From an uncultured Candidatus Saccharibacteria bacterium (GTDB taxonomy: Bacteria; Patescibacteriota; Minisyncoccia; Phycocordibacterales; JACOZG01), in the NCBI GenBank assembly GCA_964399075.1, contig CAYNPK010000002.1:20418-84417 (forward strand): a stretch of 64,000 nucleotides of DNA, in the 5' to 3' direction. The notes under the pieces are model-generated. The model ran no database searches, had not been told where the DNA came from, and saw nothing but the letters and a program-made list of their open reading frames with translations. The translations under genes were made by a program, and so were the position numbers. Shown here in pieces: positions 56,650-64,000 of this stretch (its first letter is position 1; every line of letters begins with the position of its first letter).

Positions 56650-57108
56650 TTGAATACCTATTGGCGTCGTTCATTTTTTCTTGACCTTTGTTACGGAGGA
56701 AGACTAGTGAGAGCAAGCAAGACTGAAAGGTTGCTCTGCGGTTGTCAGGATCCCGATTGTTTTGATCCAGTATTTGTCCCTAAAGGATTGAGACTCCGAC
56801 TCTCGCGGGTTACCGAGGCCTGTGTCTGTGTTCGTGGCCACAAGCCACCACCCGACATGGTGCGGGTGACTGACGAAGATGAGGAATTTCCTGTGGGTCC
56901 CTACGACATCTATTGTCTCCCGGGCCAGCACTTACCACCCTCACGCAGACTACAGCCAAAGTCTCAGTCTTATTTACCACCTAAGTCTCCACCCAAGCCT
57001 AACCACGCTCGCGGTTTTTGTCATCCGGTCGAGGTTGTTGATCCCAGGCCTGACGAGCCACCGAATAATGATAGGCGAGTACCTCGACATCCAGAGAAAA
57101 GAGATTAG
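56650..57108 (+). CDS. Cys/Pro/Asp-rich GC-rich protein of unknown function (start TTG 56650 or GTG 56707 after GGAGGA)
   Basis: LLCGCQDPDCFDP...CVCVRGH...PPKSPPKPNHARGFCHP. Composition atypical for this genome. Confidence 0.35.
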   Translation: MNTYWRRSFFLDLCYGGRLVRASKTERLLCGCQDPDCFDPVFVPKGLRLRLSRVTEACVCVRGHKPPPDMVRVTDEDEEFPVGPYDIYCLPGQHLPPSRRLQPKSQSYLPPKSPPKPNHARGFCHPVEVVDPRPDEPPNNDRRVPRHPEKRD

Positions 57109-57137
57109 TCCTGGGTGGACTAGAGGAGGATTCACCA

Positions 57138-57173
57138 AACACCGTCGGCTTTACTGTTGGCGGTGTTTTCTTT
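57138..57173 (+). terminator. intrinsic terminator before ftsH
   Basis: AACACCGTC-loop-GGCGGTGTT + TTTTCTTT. Confidence 0.5.
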
Positions 57174-57185
57174 ATAATAGCGAGA

Positions 57186-59141
57186 ATGCCTATTACTAAA
57201 TCAAACAAGAATAAACACAATAATAACCGCAAGCGTCAGCAAATTATTAATCAATTTGGCGGTCGGATATTATCTACTATTTTGATTTTATTGATCATTG
57301 TTAGTTTGTATTCGCTCTTCACTTCTGACGACAAGTCTAAGACAGAAGAGATTCCATTGTCAGAAGTTTCTAGTTTAATTACTTCGGGGGAAATCGAGCG
57401 CATTGAGGTCCGTGGTGATAATCTGGAGTTGACTTTAATTGACGGTGAAAAACGTTTTTCTAAAAAAGAAGTTGAATCTTCACTTTCTCAATCTCTCGCT
57501 AACTACGGTGTCAGTCCGGAAGTTCTGGCGCTGATTGTGATTGATATCAAAAGTCCGACTGGTGTTAGTTTCTGGTTATTAAATTTGTTGCCTTTCCTAT
57601 TGCCGGTGGCTTTTATTTTATTTTTGTTTTGGCTAATTTCCAAACAAGTCAAAGGGGCGACCATGCAGGCTTTCACCTTCGGTCAATCAAAGGCTAAAAT
57701 TATTGACCCCAATGACACTAATCAGAAAATTACTTTCAAAGATGTTGCTGGAGTGAAAGAGGCTAAAGAAGAATTATTAGAAATTGTGGATTTTCTTAAA
57801 AGTCCCAAGAAGTTTCTTGATATCGGCGCGCGTATTCCTAAGGGAGTGATTCTGATGGGCGCTCCTGGTACAGGGAAAACTTTATTGGCTAGAGCCGTGG
57901 CAGGTGAGGCGCATGTGCCCTTTATGTATCTCTCTGGTTCGGATTTCGTGGAGATGTTCGTCGGAGTTGGCGCTAGTCGAGTGCGTGATCTCTTCCGCCT
58001 GGCTAAGAAGTTAGCGCCGTCGATTATTTTTATTGACGAGATTGACGCTATTGGTCGTCATCGTGGTTCCGGTCTTGGTGGCGGTAATGACGAACGCGAG
58101 CAGACTCTCAATCAGATTTTAGTCGAAATGGATGGTTTTGAGCCGAACGAAAAATTGATTGTGATGGCGGCGACTAATAGACCTGATGTTCTTGATCCGG
58201 CGCTTTTGCGTCCAGGCCGTTTCGATAGGCGAGTGATCTTGGAGAATCCTGATGTTAAAGATCGAGAAGAAATTTTGCAAATCTACGCCAGACAGAAGCC
58301 TCTTGGTGAGGATATTGATCTGAAGGTTATTGCCCAACGCACTCCTGGTTTCTCCGGCGCGGATTTGGCCAACTTGATGAACGAGGGGGCAATTCTAGCG
58401 GCGCGAGAAAATCGTAAAACTATCACTCAATATGATTTGATTCGTTCAGTCGAGAAGGTGATGCTTGGTCCAGAGCGCAAGAGTCATATTTTGTCAGAAA
58501 AAGAAAAGCGCATTACTGCCTATCACGAGATCGGGCATGCTCTCTTGGCTAGTGTGCTGGAGTACGCTGATCCGGTGCACAAAGTTTCTATTATTTCTCG
58601 CGGTCACGCTGTCGGTTATACTCTTAAATTGCCGGACGAGGAGCGCAAATTACAAGCCAAGCGCGAATTTCTTGATGATATTGTGGTGTCGCTTGGTGGC
58701 TATGCGGCCGAGAAAATGATTTTCAATGATATTACCACCGGCGCTTCTAATGACATTGCTGTCTCGACTGCTCTGGCGCGAGATATGGTTACAAAATATG
58801 GCATGAGTGAGAAGCTCGGCCCCATCGCTTTTGAAGGCGGTTCGGCGAAATTATATTTTGGCCAAAGTCTTGGCCAAGAGCGCTACTCTTCTGAGGCAAT
58901 CGCGGCAATGATCGATGAGGAAGTCTCGCAAATAATGGGTGGGGCTCTGAAGCGGGCTGAAGCGCTACTTTCCGAACATCGTCCAGCGCTTGATGATCTA
59001 TCTCTAGAATTAATTAAACGAGAAACCATTGATCGCGATGAATTTGAGCAACTTCTAATTGTTAACGGCATTAAACCCAAAACTCCAGAGCGAATTAGTG
59101 TTGAAGCAATTACTTCGACGTTACCTAAAATAGAGAATTAA
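57186..59141 (+). CDS. ftsH: ATP-dependent zinc metalloprotease FtsH
   Basis: [15 protein letters not shown], and HEIGHAL. Confidence 0.95.
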   Translation: MPITKSNKNKHNNNRKRQQIINQFGGRILSTILILLIIVSLYSLFTSDDKSKTEEIPLSEVSSLITSGEIERIEVRGDNLELTLIDGEKRFSKKEVESSLSQSLANYGVSPEVLALIVIDIKSPTGVSFWLLNLLPFLLPVAFILFLFWLISKQVKGATMQAFTFGQSKAKIIDPNDTNQKITFKDVAGVKEAKEELLEIVDFLKSPKKFLDIGARIPKGVILMGAPGTGKTLLARAVAGEAHVPFMYLSGSDFVEMFVGVGASRVRDLFRLAKKLAPSIIFIDEIDAIGRHRGSGLGGGNDEREQTLNQILVEMDGFEPNEKLIVMAATNRPDVLDPALLRPGRFDRRVILENPDVKDREEILQIYARQKPLGEDIDLKVIAQRTPGFSGADLANLMNEGAILAARENRKTITQYDLIRSVEKVMLGPERKSHILSEKEKRITAYHEIGHALLASVLEYADPVHKVSIISRGHAVGYTLKLPDEERKLQAKREFLDDIVVSLGGYAAEKMIFNDITTGASNDIAVSTALARDMVTKYGMSEKLGPIAFEGGSAKLYFGQSLGQERYSSEAIAAMIDEEVSQIMGGALKRAEALLSEHRPALDDLSLELIKRETIDRDEFEQLLIVNGIKPKTPERISVEAITSTLPKIEN

Positions 59142-59159
59142 AAAATATAAATTTCTCAA

Positions 59160-59233
59160 TGCGCGTGCTTGGATTCGAACCAAGGGCCGCCGAGGTATAA
59201 GCTCGGTGCTCTAACCAGCTGAGCTACACGCGC
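59160..59233 (-). tRNA. tRNA-Ile, anticodon UAU (74 nt, no encoded CCA)
   Basis: GCGCGTG acceptor, GTAGCTCAGCTGGTTAGAGC D-arm, anticodon loop CTTATAC, TTCGAAT T-loop. All stems pair. Confidence 0.7.
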
Positions 59234-59259
59234 GCTGTATCTCAACTATAGCTCAATCG

Positions 59260-59784
59260 GTGGGGGAATTCCACTGGTCAGTTGTTTACTGGTTTGTTAC
59301 ACTTAGACTTATGGATAGAACAAAAAAAGTTTGGTTTTGGTTGCGAGTCTTGATGGGCTGGTTATTCCTCTGGGGCTTTCTTGATAAATTATTTGGTTTA
59401 GGCTTCGCCACTTGTCGTGATCGGGCGACGGGCGTAGTTAATTACCTGTGTGATAATGCTTGGCTTAATGGTGGTTCGCCAACCTCTGGCTTTTTGACCA
59501 ATTCTACTAAAGGCCCTTTTGTTGATTTTTTCCAAAACTTAGCTGGTAATCCTATTACTGATTGGTTGTTTATGATTGGTTTAGCAGCCGTTGGTCTCTC
59601 ACTAATCTTTGGCGTGTTGGTTAAACTTGGCGGTTATGCCGGAGCGCTGATGATGATCCTGATGTACTTGGCAGGTTCTATCTGGCCGGCCAACAATCCT
59701 TTTCTTGATCAACATTTGATCTACGCCCTGCTTCTAGTTGGCTTTGCCCAAAAGTATCCCGGCTGGCTAAGGTGGCGGAATTGA
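59260..59784 (+). CDS. DoxX-like membrane protein
   Basis: 4 TM, DoxX-like topology. Confidence 0.4.
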   Translation: MGEFHWSVVYWFVTLRLMDRTKKVWFWLRVLMGWLFLWGFLDKLFGLGFATCRDRATGVVNYLCDNAWLNGGSPTSGFLTNSTKGPFVDFFQNLAGNPITDWLFMIGLAAVGLSLIFGVLVKLGGYAGALMMILMYLAGSIWPANNPFLDQHLIYALLLVGFAQKYPGWLRWRN

Positions 59785-59788
59785 TTAT

Positions 59789-61939
59789 TTACTCAAAGTG
59801 AATATCTTTTTTTGAGCGACTTAGTTTGTCGTGGAGGAGGGGATGAGATTGTAATTCCGGATCAGCTTTAATAATTGCTTGGGCCTCCAGTCTAGCTGCT
59901 TCCACCATTTTAATATTTTTTATTGCCTCCATGCCAATGTCAGAGATTCCCCACTGCGCTTGACCGGAGAGAGTTCCGGCGCCTCGCAGATTAAGATCTA
60001 GCTCGGCTAGTTCGAAGCCATTCTTTGCAGTTTTCAGAGCCTTGAGTCTGTCGCGAGTCTTGGCTCCTCGACTGCCACTGAAGAGGTAGCAGTACGCTTG
60101 ATGATTAGAACGCAAAACTCTTCCACGGAGTTGATGTAGTTGAGCCAAGCCAAACCGTTCGGCGCCTTCGATAATAATAATAGTAGCGTTAGGTACGTTG
60201 ACGCCGACTTCCACTACCGAGGTGGCAACCAAAATATTTATTTCCCCACTGCTGAAGTCGGCCATCACTTGTTCTTTGGTTGCCGGTTTTAATTTGCTGT
60301 GGACTAGGCCAACGTTAAATTCAGGAAAGACTTTTTCTTGCAATCTCTTCTGTTCAGTCTTGGCCGACTTGGCCTGGAGAGCTAGCTCTTTCGTCGGGTC
60401 GGGCTCCTCGATCCGCGGACAAATCACATAGGCTTGCCGGCCGGCGAGTAGCTCTTGGCGGATTTTCTCGTAAGCCGCTTCGCGGTTGGCCTCGTCAATT
60501 ATTTGCGTAATTATTTGTCGCCGGCCGGCCGGCATCTCATCAAGCAAGGTGAGATCGAGATCGCCGTACAGAGTCAGAGCCAGAGTTCTGGGGATAGGCG
60601 TGGCCGTCATGCTCAAGAGGTGGGGGGCGCGCTCGGTTTTTCGTGCCAAAGTAGCTCGTTGTTGGACGCCGAAGCGGTGTTGTTCGTCGATAATGATGTA
60701 AGCTAAATTTTTGAAGATCACGGTTTTTTGAATGAGGGCGTGAGTACCGATCAGAATGGGAATTTCGCCATTGGCTACCCACTTGAGAAGTTGCGAACGA
60801 GAAATTTTGGTGTGATTGTCTCGATCTAATTTAGAAGGAAACTTACGACATTCTTTGCCAGTGATTAGTCCGATTTGAATTGTTGGCAGATATTTGAAGT
60901 AGTTAATAAAAGATTCAAAGTGTTGGCGGGCTAGAATCTCGGTTGGCGCCATGTAGGCCACTTCCAGTCCAGCTTGGACCGTGGCCAGAGCCGTAACGGC
61001 GGCGACAGCAGTTTTGCCGGAGCCGACGTCGCCTTCCAATAATCTGGTCATTGGTTTGCCGGTGCCAAAATCCTTCAGAATTTGCTTAATTGCCGTATCT
61101 TGAGCGTTTGTTAATTTGAAAGGGAAGCGATTGATGAAGGTCTCTACTTCTTGAGTTGAGTTGGCGATCTTGAATGAATTAAGTTGTTCGTACTTAGCTT
61201 TAGTTTGTAATCGCGCCAATTGAATGAGGAAAATTTCTTGGAAGGCGAAGCGCTTACGAGCGGCGAGAGCGTCTTCTGGACTCTTGGGCGCGTGGATCCA
61301 AATCAAGGCCGTGGCCAGAGACGGTAGGTGATATTTCTTGAGAATTTCTGGAGGGATCGGATCAAGGAGATTTTTTTCTAAATCTGGTTTGAGAAGCTTT
61401 TGGATATTGTGTTGGAACCAGCTCGAAGATAGCCCCCTAGTCTCTGGATAAATTGGCAGAAGAGTGTCGAGTTCTCCACTGCTGTTATCAGGGTCGCTAG
61501 TATTAAATAGAGGACCACTAGCGCTAATAGTATTTTCCGCTCGGTCTATTTCCGGATTGGCCAGATACAGAGTGCCTTGTCGCACGGCCACCTTGCCGGA
61601 CAGACAAGCTGACATACCTTTAGGCACTTTCTTGGCCAAGAAGGCTTGGTGGAACCAAATCGCCTTCAAGCGTCCAGTGTGATCTTCGATGGTTATTTCA
61701 CCTAAGGGAATTTTCTTTTTCCAAGCTTTGCTGATTTTACTGGCGATCACTTGGCCGTAGATTTTTACTTGATCACCGGCTTGTAACTCGGCGATAGTTT
61801 TGGTCGCTAATTGTTGTCCGTGACGGGTGGGGAAATAAAAAATTAAATCAGCGACTGTTTCTAGCCCCAATCTTTCCAGCGCTCGTTTCTGGATTAAGTT
61901 GGGACGGAGATACTTGGTGATAGGGTCGGCAGGGTTCAT
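59789..61939 (-). CDS. recG: ATP-dependent DNA helicase RecG
   Basis: DVGSGKTAVAA, DEQHRFGV, and N-terminal wedge domain. Confidence 0.85.
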   Translation of the reverse strand: MNPADPITKYLRPNLIQKRALERLGLETVADLIFYFPTRHGQQLATKTIAELQAGDQVKIYGQVIASKISKAWKKKIPLGEITIEDHTGRLKAIWFHQAFLAKKVPKGMSACLSGKVAVRQGTLYLANPEIDRAENTISASGPLFNTSDPDNSSGELDTLLPIYPETRGLSSSWFQHNIQKLLKPDLEKNLLDPIPPEILKKYHLPSLATALIWIHAPKSPEDALAARKRFAFQEIFLIQLARLQTKAKYEQLNSFKIANSTQEVETFINRFPFKLTNAQDTAIKQILKDFGTGKPMTRLLEGDVGSGKTAVAAVTALATVQAGLEVAYMAPTEILARQHFESFINYFKYLPTIQIGLITGKECRKFPSKLDRDNHTKISRSQLLKWVANGEIPILIGTHALIQKTVIFKNLAYIIIDEQHRFGVQQRATLARKTERAPHLLSMTATPIPRTLALTLYGDLDLTLLDEMPAGRRQIITQIIDEANREAAYEKIRQELLAGRQAYVICPRIEEPDPTKELALQAKSAKTEQKRLQEKVFPEFNVGLVHSKLKPATKEQVMADFSSGEINILVATSVVEVGVNVPNATIIIIEGAERFGLAQLHQLRGRVLRSNHQAYCYLFSGSRGAKTRDRLKALKTAKNGFELAELDLNLRGAGTLSGQAQWGISDIGMEAIKNIKMVEAARLEAQAIIKADPELQSHPLLHDKLSRSKKDIHFE

Positions 61940-61944
61940 GCCGT

Positions 61945-62655
61945 TTATTGATGTTGCGAGAGTTCGTGTTCGGCGGCCAGAATTTTGGTTTCCGTTGTCA
62001 CGGCATCTTTAACAATCTGTCGTTTGGCGGCGATGTCCATCAGGGAGAACACCAGCATGCTGGCCAACACTACGCCAACGGCGTTGATGATGAAGAGCAT
62101 TAGAGCGCCGGAGGCGATAGTCCAACTGAAGCTAGCTAAACCAATCCCCACCACAGCAAGTGGTGGCACTAAAGCAACAGAGATAGCAATGCCGGAGAAA
62201 CTAGCGCTCAAGTTTGGTTTAAGGGCGGCGAAGGAGGCGGCGAGTCCGGAGATGATGGCGATCACTGCATAAGTTAGAGAGGGTTCGATCCGGCCGAGAA
62301 TTTCTGGATTAAGATGTAAATTTTCTGGCAGATAAAATAAAGTTAATACTGTTGAGCCGATAATTCCAATGATGATCGTTTTCAGAATCGTGTTCCCGGC
62401 TTGCTTCATTAAGGAGTAATTATCGCTGGTAATCCCTAGGGCTAAACTCAAGAAGGGATACAAGACTGGCGCGATTAACATACTGCCGATAATCACCGCG
62501 CTACTGGAAATAAGGAGGCCGAGGGTGGCCATTAGTAAGGCTAATACTGTCATCAGGAAGAAGTCTAAACGCGGACTGCCTTGGCTGATCAATTTCTCAA
62601 TCGCTTGATTCTTATCCGTTTCTGATAAATTATGAAAAATGGCGTATAGCATCAT
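61945..62655 (-). CDS. integral membrane protein (DUF389/TIGR00341-like)
   Basis: 236 aa, about 6 TM. Confidence 0.4.
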   Translation of the reverse strand: MMLYAIFHNLSETDKNQAIEKLISQGSPRLDFFLMTVLALLMATLGLLISSSAVIIGSMLIAPVLYPFLSLALGITSDNYSLMKQAGNTILKTIIIGIIGSTVLTLFYLPENLHLNPEILGRIEPSLTYAVIAIISGLAASFAALKPNLSASFSGIAISVALVPPLAVVGIGLASFSWTIASGALMLFIINAVGVVLASMLVFSLMDIAAKRQIVKDAVTTETKILAAEHELSQHQ

Positions 62656-62680
62656 TATATTATAGCGGTATACTTAAAAG

Positions 62681-63811
62681 ATGGAACCCCTAGCGGCGCG
62701 AATTAGGCCCAAAAATCTGCAGGAGTTTATTGGCCAGAGCCATTTAGTTGGCCCTGGCAAGCCTCTGCGGGTGGCGATAGAGACTAAACATCTCTTCTCT
62801 TTCGTCTTGTGGGGACCGCCCGGGGTGGGGAAGACGACCTTGGCTAGAATCTACGCGCGATCTCTGGATGTTGATCTATTTGAGCTTTCTGCTGTCTCGG
62901 CCGGCAAGGACGATATTAGGCGGATTGTGGAATCCGGAGCTTTGCTTAAACCCAAGATGCTCTTCTTGGACGAGATTCATCGCTTCAATAAAAGTCAGCA
63001 AGACTTCCTCTTGCCTTATGTGGAGTCCGGCGTTCTCACTCTAATCGGCGCCACGACGGAGAATCCCAGTTTCGAAGTGATTGCACCTCTGCTTTCTCGC
63101 TGTCGCGTTTTTGTTCTCAACGAACTATCTGAAGAAGAAATGGTCAAAATAATTTCTAGGACGAAAATTAAACTAGACAAGAAATCTCGCGACTGGCTGA
63201 TTGCCATGGCTCAAGGTGACGCGCGCCAGGCGCTCTCGATGCTCCAGGCGACTCAAGAACTTTACGGAAAAGTTAATCTGGAAAATTTGCGAGAGACTCT
63301 CCAGTCTAAGACTTTGCGTTACGACAAGAAGGGCGATGAGCATTACAATACTATCTCGGCTTTTATTAAAAGTTTGCGCGCTGGTCAGCCGGATGCCGCC
63401 ATCTATTATCTCGCGCGAATGATTAAGGCTGGTGAGGATCCCAAATTTATCGCTCGACGGATGGTCATTTTCGCCAGTGAAGATATTGGCCTGGCGCAAC
63501 CGACGGCTCTAGTGGTGGCCAACGCCGTCTTCCGCGCCGTGGAGACTATTGGTTTGCCGGAGGCGGGGATTAATTTGGCTCATGGCGTTGCCTACTTGGC
63601 GGGGTGCAAGAAAGATCGGCGAGCTTATGAGGCTTTGCAGTTAGCTCTTGCTGATGTGGAGAAGTTTGGTAATCTGCCAGTACCGCTTAAGATTAGGAAT
63701 CCGGTGACTAAATTGATGAAAGAATTAAATTATGGTAAAGGTTATGAGCAGTATACTAGAGAGGATCTCCTGCCTGATAAATTGAAGAAAAAGAAGTATC
63801 TCAAGAATTGA
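62681..63811 (+). CDS. rarA: replication-associated recombination protein A (RarA/MgsA) AAA+ ATPase
   Basis: [13 protein letters not shown] and [12 protein letters not shown]. Confidence 0.8.
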   Translation: MEPLAARIRPKNLQEFIGQSHLVGPGKPLRVAIETKHLFSFVLWGPPGVGKTTLARIYARSLDVDLFELSAVSAGKDDIRRIVESGALLKPKMLFLDEIHRFNKSQQDFLLPYVESGVLTLIGATTENPSFEVIAPLLSRCRVFVLNELSEEEMVKIISRTKIKLDKKSRDWLIAMAQGDARQALSMLQATQELYGKVNLENLRETLQSKTLRYDKKGDEHYNTISAFIKSLRAGQPDAAIYYLARMIKAGEDPKFIARRMVIFASEDIGLAQPTALVVANAVFRAVETIGLPEAGINLAHGVAYLAGCKKDRRAYEALQLALADVEKFGNLPVPLKIRNPVTKLMKELNYGKGYEQYTREDLLPDKLKKKKYLKN

Positions 63812-63857
63812 GAGAATTGATGGCAAGATAAGAGGAAATGTGTTAATTTGTAGCAAT

Positions 63858-63947
63858 GGAGAGTTGGCTGAGTGGTCGAAAGCGCCTCACTGCTAACGAG
63901 GTAGGGTGTTAAAACCCTCGTGGGTTCGAATCCCACACTCTCCGCCA
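63858..63947 (+). tRNA. tRNA-Ser, anticodon GCU (long variable arm, CCA encoded)
   Basis: GGAGAGT acceptor, anticodon loop CTGCTAA, 19-nt variable arm, GTGGG/TTCGAAT/CCCAC T-arm, ends GCCA. Confidence 0.75.
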
Positions 63948-64000
63948 ATTTACAATTTCAGAGTTTTCGGAAGATTTACGCACCTGCGGTGCGGTCGCCT

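Noticed and set aside
63742-63948. 68-aa minus-strand ORF
   Set aside because: It overlaps tRNA-Ser(GCU) on the opposite strand.
1-64000. CRISPR arrays and transposase/IS elements
   Set aside because: No regularly spaced direct repeats and no transposase-like ORFs were seen. The repeats present are promoter modules and gene stubs, not CRISPR or IS ends.

Overview
AT-rich bacterial contig that looks like a Candidate Phyla Radiation (Patescibacteria) genome. The clues are strong Shine-Dalgarno usage, a ribosomal protein cluster with no L30 and no L29 gene, a Zn-ribbon L24, and a Z-type S14.

The window has three parts.

(1) 1..26 kb is an accessory region built from duplicated cassettes. It holds four radical SAM/SPASM maturase genes, and each one sits beside a short ORF below the 60-aa cutoff of the ORF track that has a strong RBS. 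These are 47-aa and 52-aa Cys-rich peptides and 46/46/26-aa basic peptides. Two of the four operons end in clear intrinsic terminators. Interleaved with them are at least eight diverged small HExxH metallopeptidase-like proteins and two SET-domain methyltransferases, one of which has a homopolymer frameshift. There is also a run of nucleotide-housecleaning enzymes: three CYTH copies, Ham1/ITPase, NUDIX, HIT, a guanylate-kinase-like protein, an APH-like kinase, and a PreA-like Fe-S flavoprotein. A conserved promoter/5' leader module recurs six times, with truncated gene remnants next to it, which points to recent segmental duplication and decay.

(2) 26.2..43.7 kb is the rpmB / str-S10-spc ribosomal supercluster: rpsL-rpsG-fusA-tuf-rpsJ...rplO-secY-adk-map. 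A secreted dockerin-repeat protein is inserted between rplB and rpsS. The cluster is followed by a 922-aa VirD4/TraG-like P-loop ATPase where the alpha operon would normally sit.

(3) 43.7..64 kb carries ndk, a beta-CASP RNase, infC-rpmI-rplT, and smpB next to a tmRNA whose tag ends in YALA. An 18-bp direct repeat of the tmRNA 3' end lies downstream, followed by an AT-rich islet encoding an Ltp-like lipoprotein and a DUF3800 protein. Further on are a PP2C phosphatase, htrA, a GC-rich Cys/Pro/Asp-rich ORF, ftsH, tRNA-Ile(UAU), recG, rarA and tRNA-Ser(GCU).

The most interesting candidate for an undescribed system is the array of rSAM/SPASM + short-peptide + HExxH cassettes. It looks like a family of ranthipeptide/SCIFF-like RiPP loci, which have not been characterised in CPR organisms.
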